From Eledone cirrhosa (Eukaryota), in NCBI GenBank assembly GCA_964016885.1, contig OZ024746.1, positions 6,262,001 through 6,326,000 of the forward strand: DNA of 64,000 bases. The letters are read 5' to 3'. The translations under genes were made by a program, and so were the position numbers. Under the pieces are notes generated by a model. The model saw only the letters and a list, made by a program, of their open reading frames with translations. It was not told the DNA's origin and made no database searches. This document shows, in pieces, positions 62,920 through 64,000 of this stretch (positions within the stretch are counted from its first letter, which is position 1; every line of letters begins with the position of its first letter).

Positions 62920-63301
62920 CTCCAGTTGCATTTTTGATTTCATCTGTTTTCCTTATATATATATATATATATATGAGAAAAAAATGAAATCAAAAATGCA
63001 ACTGGAATCTTTTTTTTTTAAATATATATATTTATTTAGTTCCTTTACCGGTTTCGCAGTTCTCCTGCTTTGAGTTGAGATGGAGGGTCTGATGTGAGAA
63101 AAACCACAGTCCCTCCATCTCAACTCTACTTTTGAAAAGCAGAAGAACTGCGAAACCGGTAAAGGAACCAAATAAATATATATATTTAAAAAAAAAAAAG
63201 ACTCCAGTTACGTTTTCGAATTCATCTTTTTTCCTTATACTTTAACTCGTGTAGGACACCTTCGGTTATTTTTCATTTTGTAAAATAATCCTCACTTTCT
63301 A
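62920..63301. mobile_element. Fold-back PLE-like 3' end with U3-A8 hammerhead
   Basis: Arms ~62975-63088 and ~63110-63237; tail 63238-63301 on the right arm only. Confidence 0.85.
63129..63164 (+). ncRNA. Minimal hammerhead motif with U3-A8 core covariation
   Basis: ctt-TTGAAAA-gcag/aagaa/ctgc-GAAAC-cg-GTA-aag. Confidence 0.72.
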
Positions 63302-64000
63302 ATATATATATATATATAAACATTAAAAATACATTAAATATCATCATATTTAGAACGATCATTATAACGATGTTTCCATCTTATTTTGAGTGAGGATTTA
63401 AAATCTTTATTAAACAATGTAGTCAGTATATTATTGCAGAATACAAATAAGTGTCTAATATTAATTCTTTGGTTATATTAATTGAAGACATAAAATGTAG
63501 ATTTGTAATTGATAAGTACTACATTAATTATGTGTAAATAATTTAACGAACGTTGCTAATATTAAAATTTATAATAATAACAATAAAGAAAGTATTATTT
63601 CTTATTTTATTTTTTTTTATTTTCTAATAATAATAATGGTAATGATGACAATGATAATGATAATAATGAAAATAATATCATTGTAAATGTAAAACCAGCA
63701 GAACTCTTTGTTAAATTCTTCTATTGTGTTATATTTCTAAACAATTGTTACTTACAGAAGTAGACAAACATAAGCCGTAGAAAAAGCAAAAAATGAAAAG
63801 ATGTATAAAGTGATAATATTTTACTTAGTTTTATTTCACAAAAGAAATGTTTTAAAAATACATTGTCAAGAGGAGATTACTAACGTTATATTTACTTTGT
63901 TATAATACATTATTTGATGCTGTTGTTGAGATAAACTAACGAGGTAAACAGAAATAGGCAGTTGATATCACATGAGTTGTAAATTATTTTGTGAGAACTC

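Overview
Eukaryotic, AT-rich, repeat-dominated DNA; the SINE families and dense (TA)n/(CA)n suggest an octopus or other cephalopod genome (inference). I see no convincing host protein-coding exon. Nearly all long ORFs in the track are (TA)n/(TG)n artefacts (YI/CV/HT repeats). The real content is mobile DNA: a near full-length CR1/L2-group LINE (43166-47130, -); a long RT+GIY-YIG Penelope-like element (PLE, Nematis-type, 47895-51009, -); further Nematis- and Neptune-type PLE fragments; a Chapaev3-type transposase remnant; RTE-type LINE 3' ends; two tRNA-derived SINE families; and a 50-bp minisatellite. Two patterns stand out. First, about 30 type-I hammerhead ribozyme (HHR) motifs can be read by eye in the 3' ends of over 10 PLE or PLE-like families, some with covarying stems and non-canonical cores (U3-A8, C4, A4). 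Second, about a dozen insertions share one asymmetric fold-back layout in (TA)n: one arm carries a 3' tail, and the inverted arm stops at a family-specific internal TA just downstream of the ribozyme. Coordinates were read manually and may be off by a few bases.
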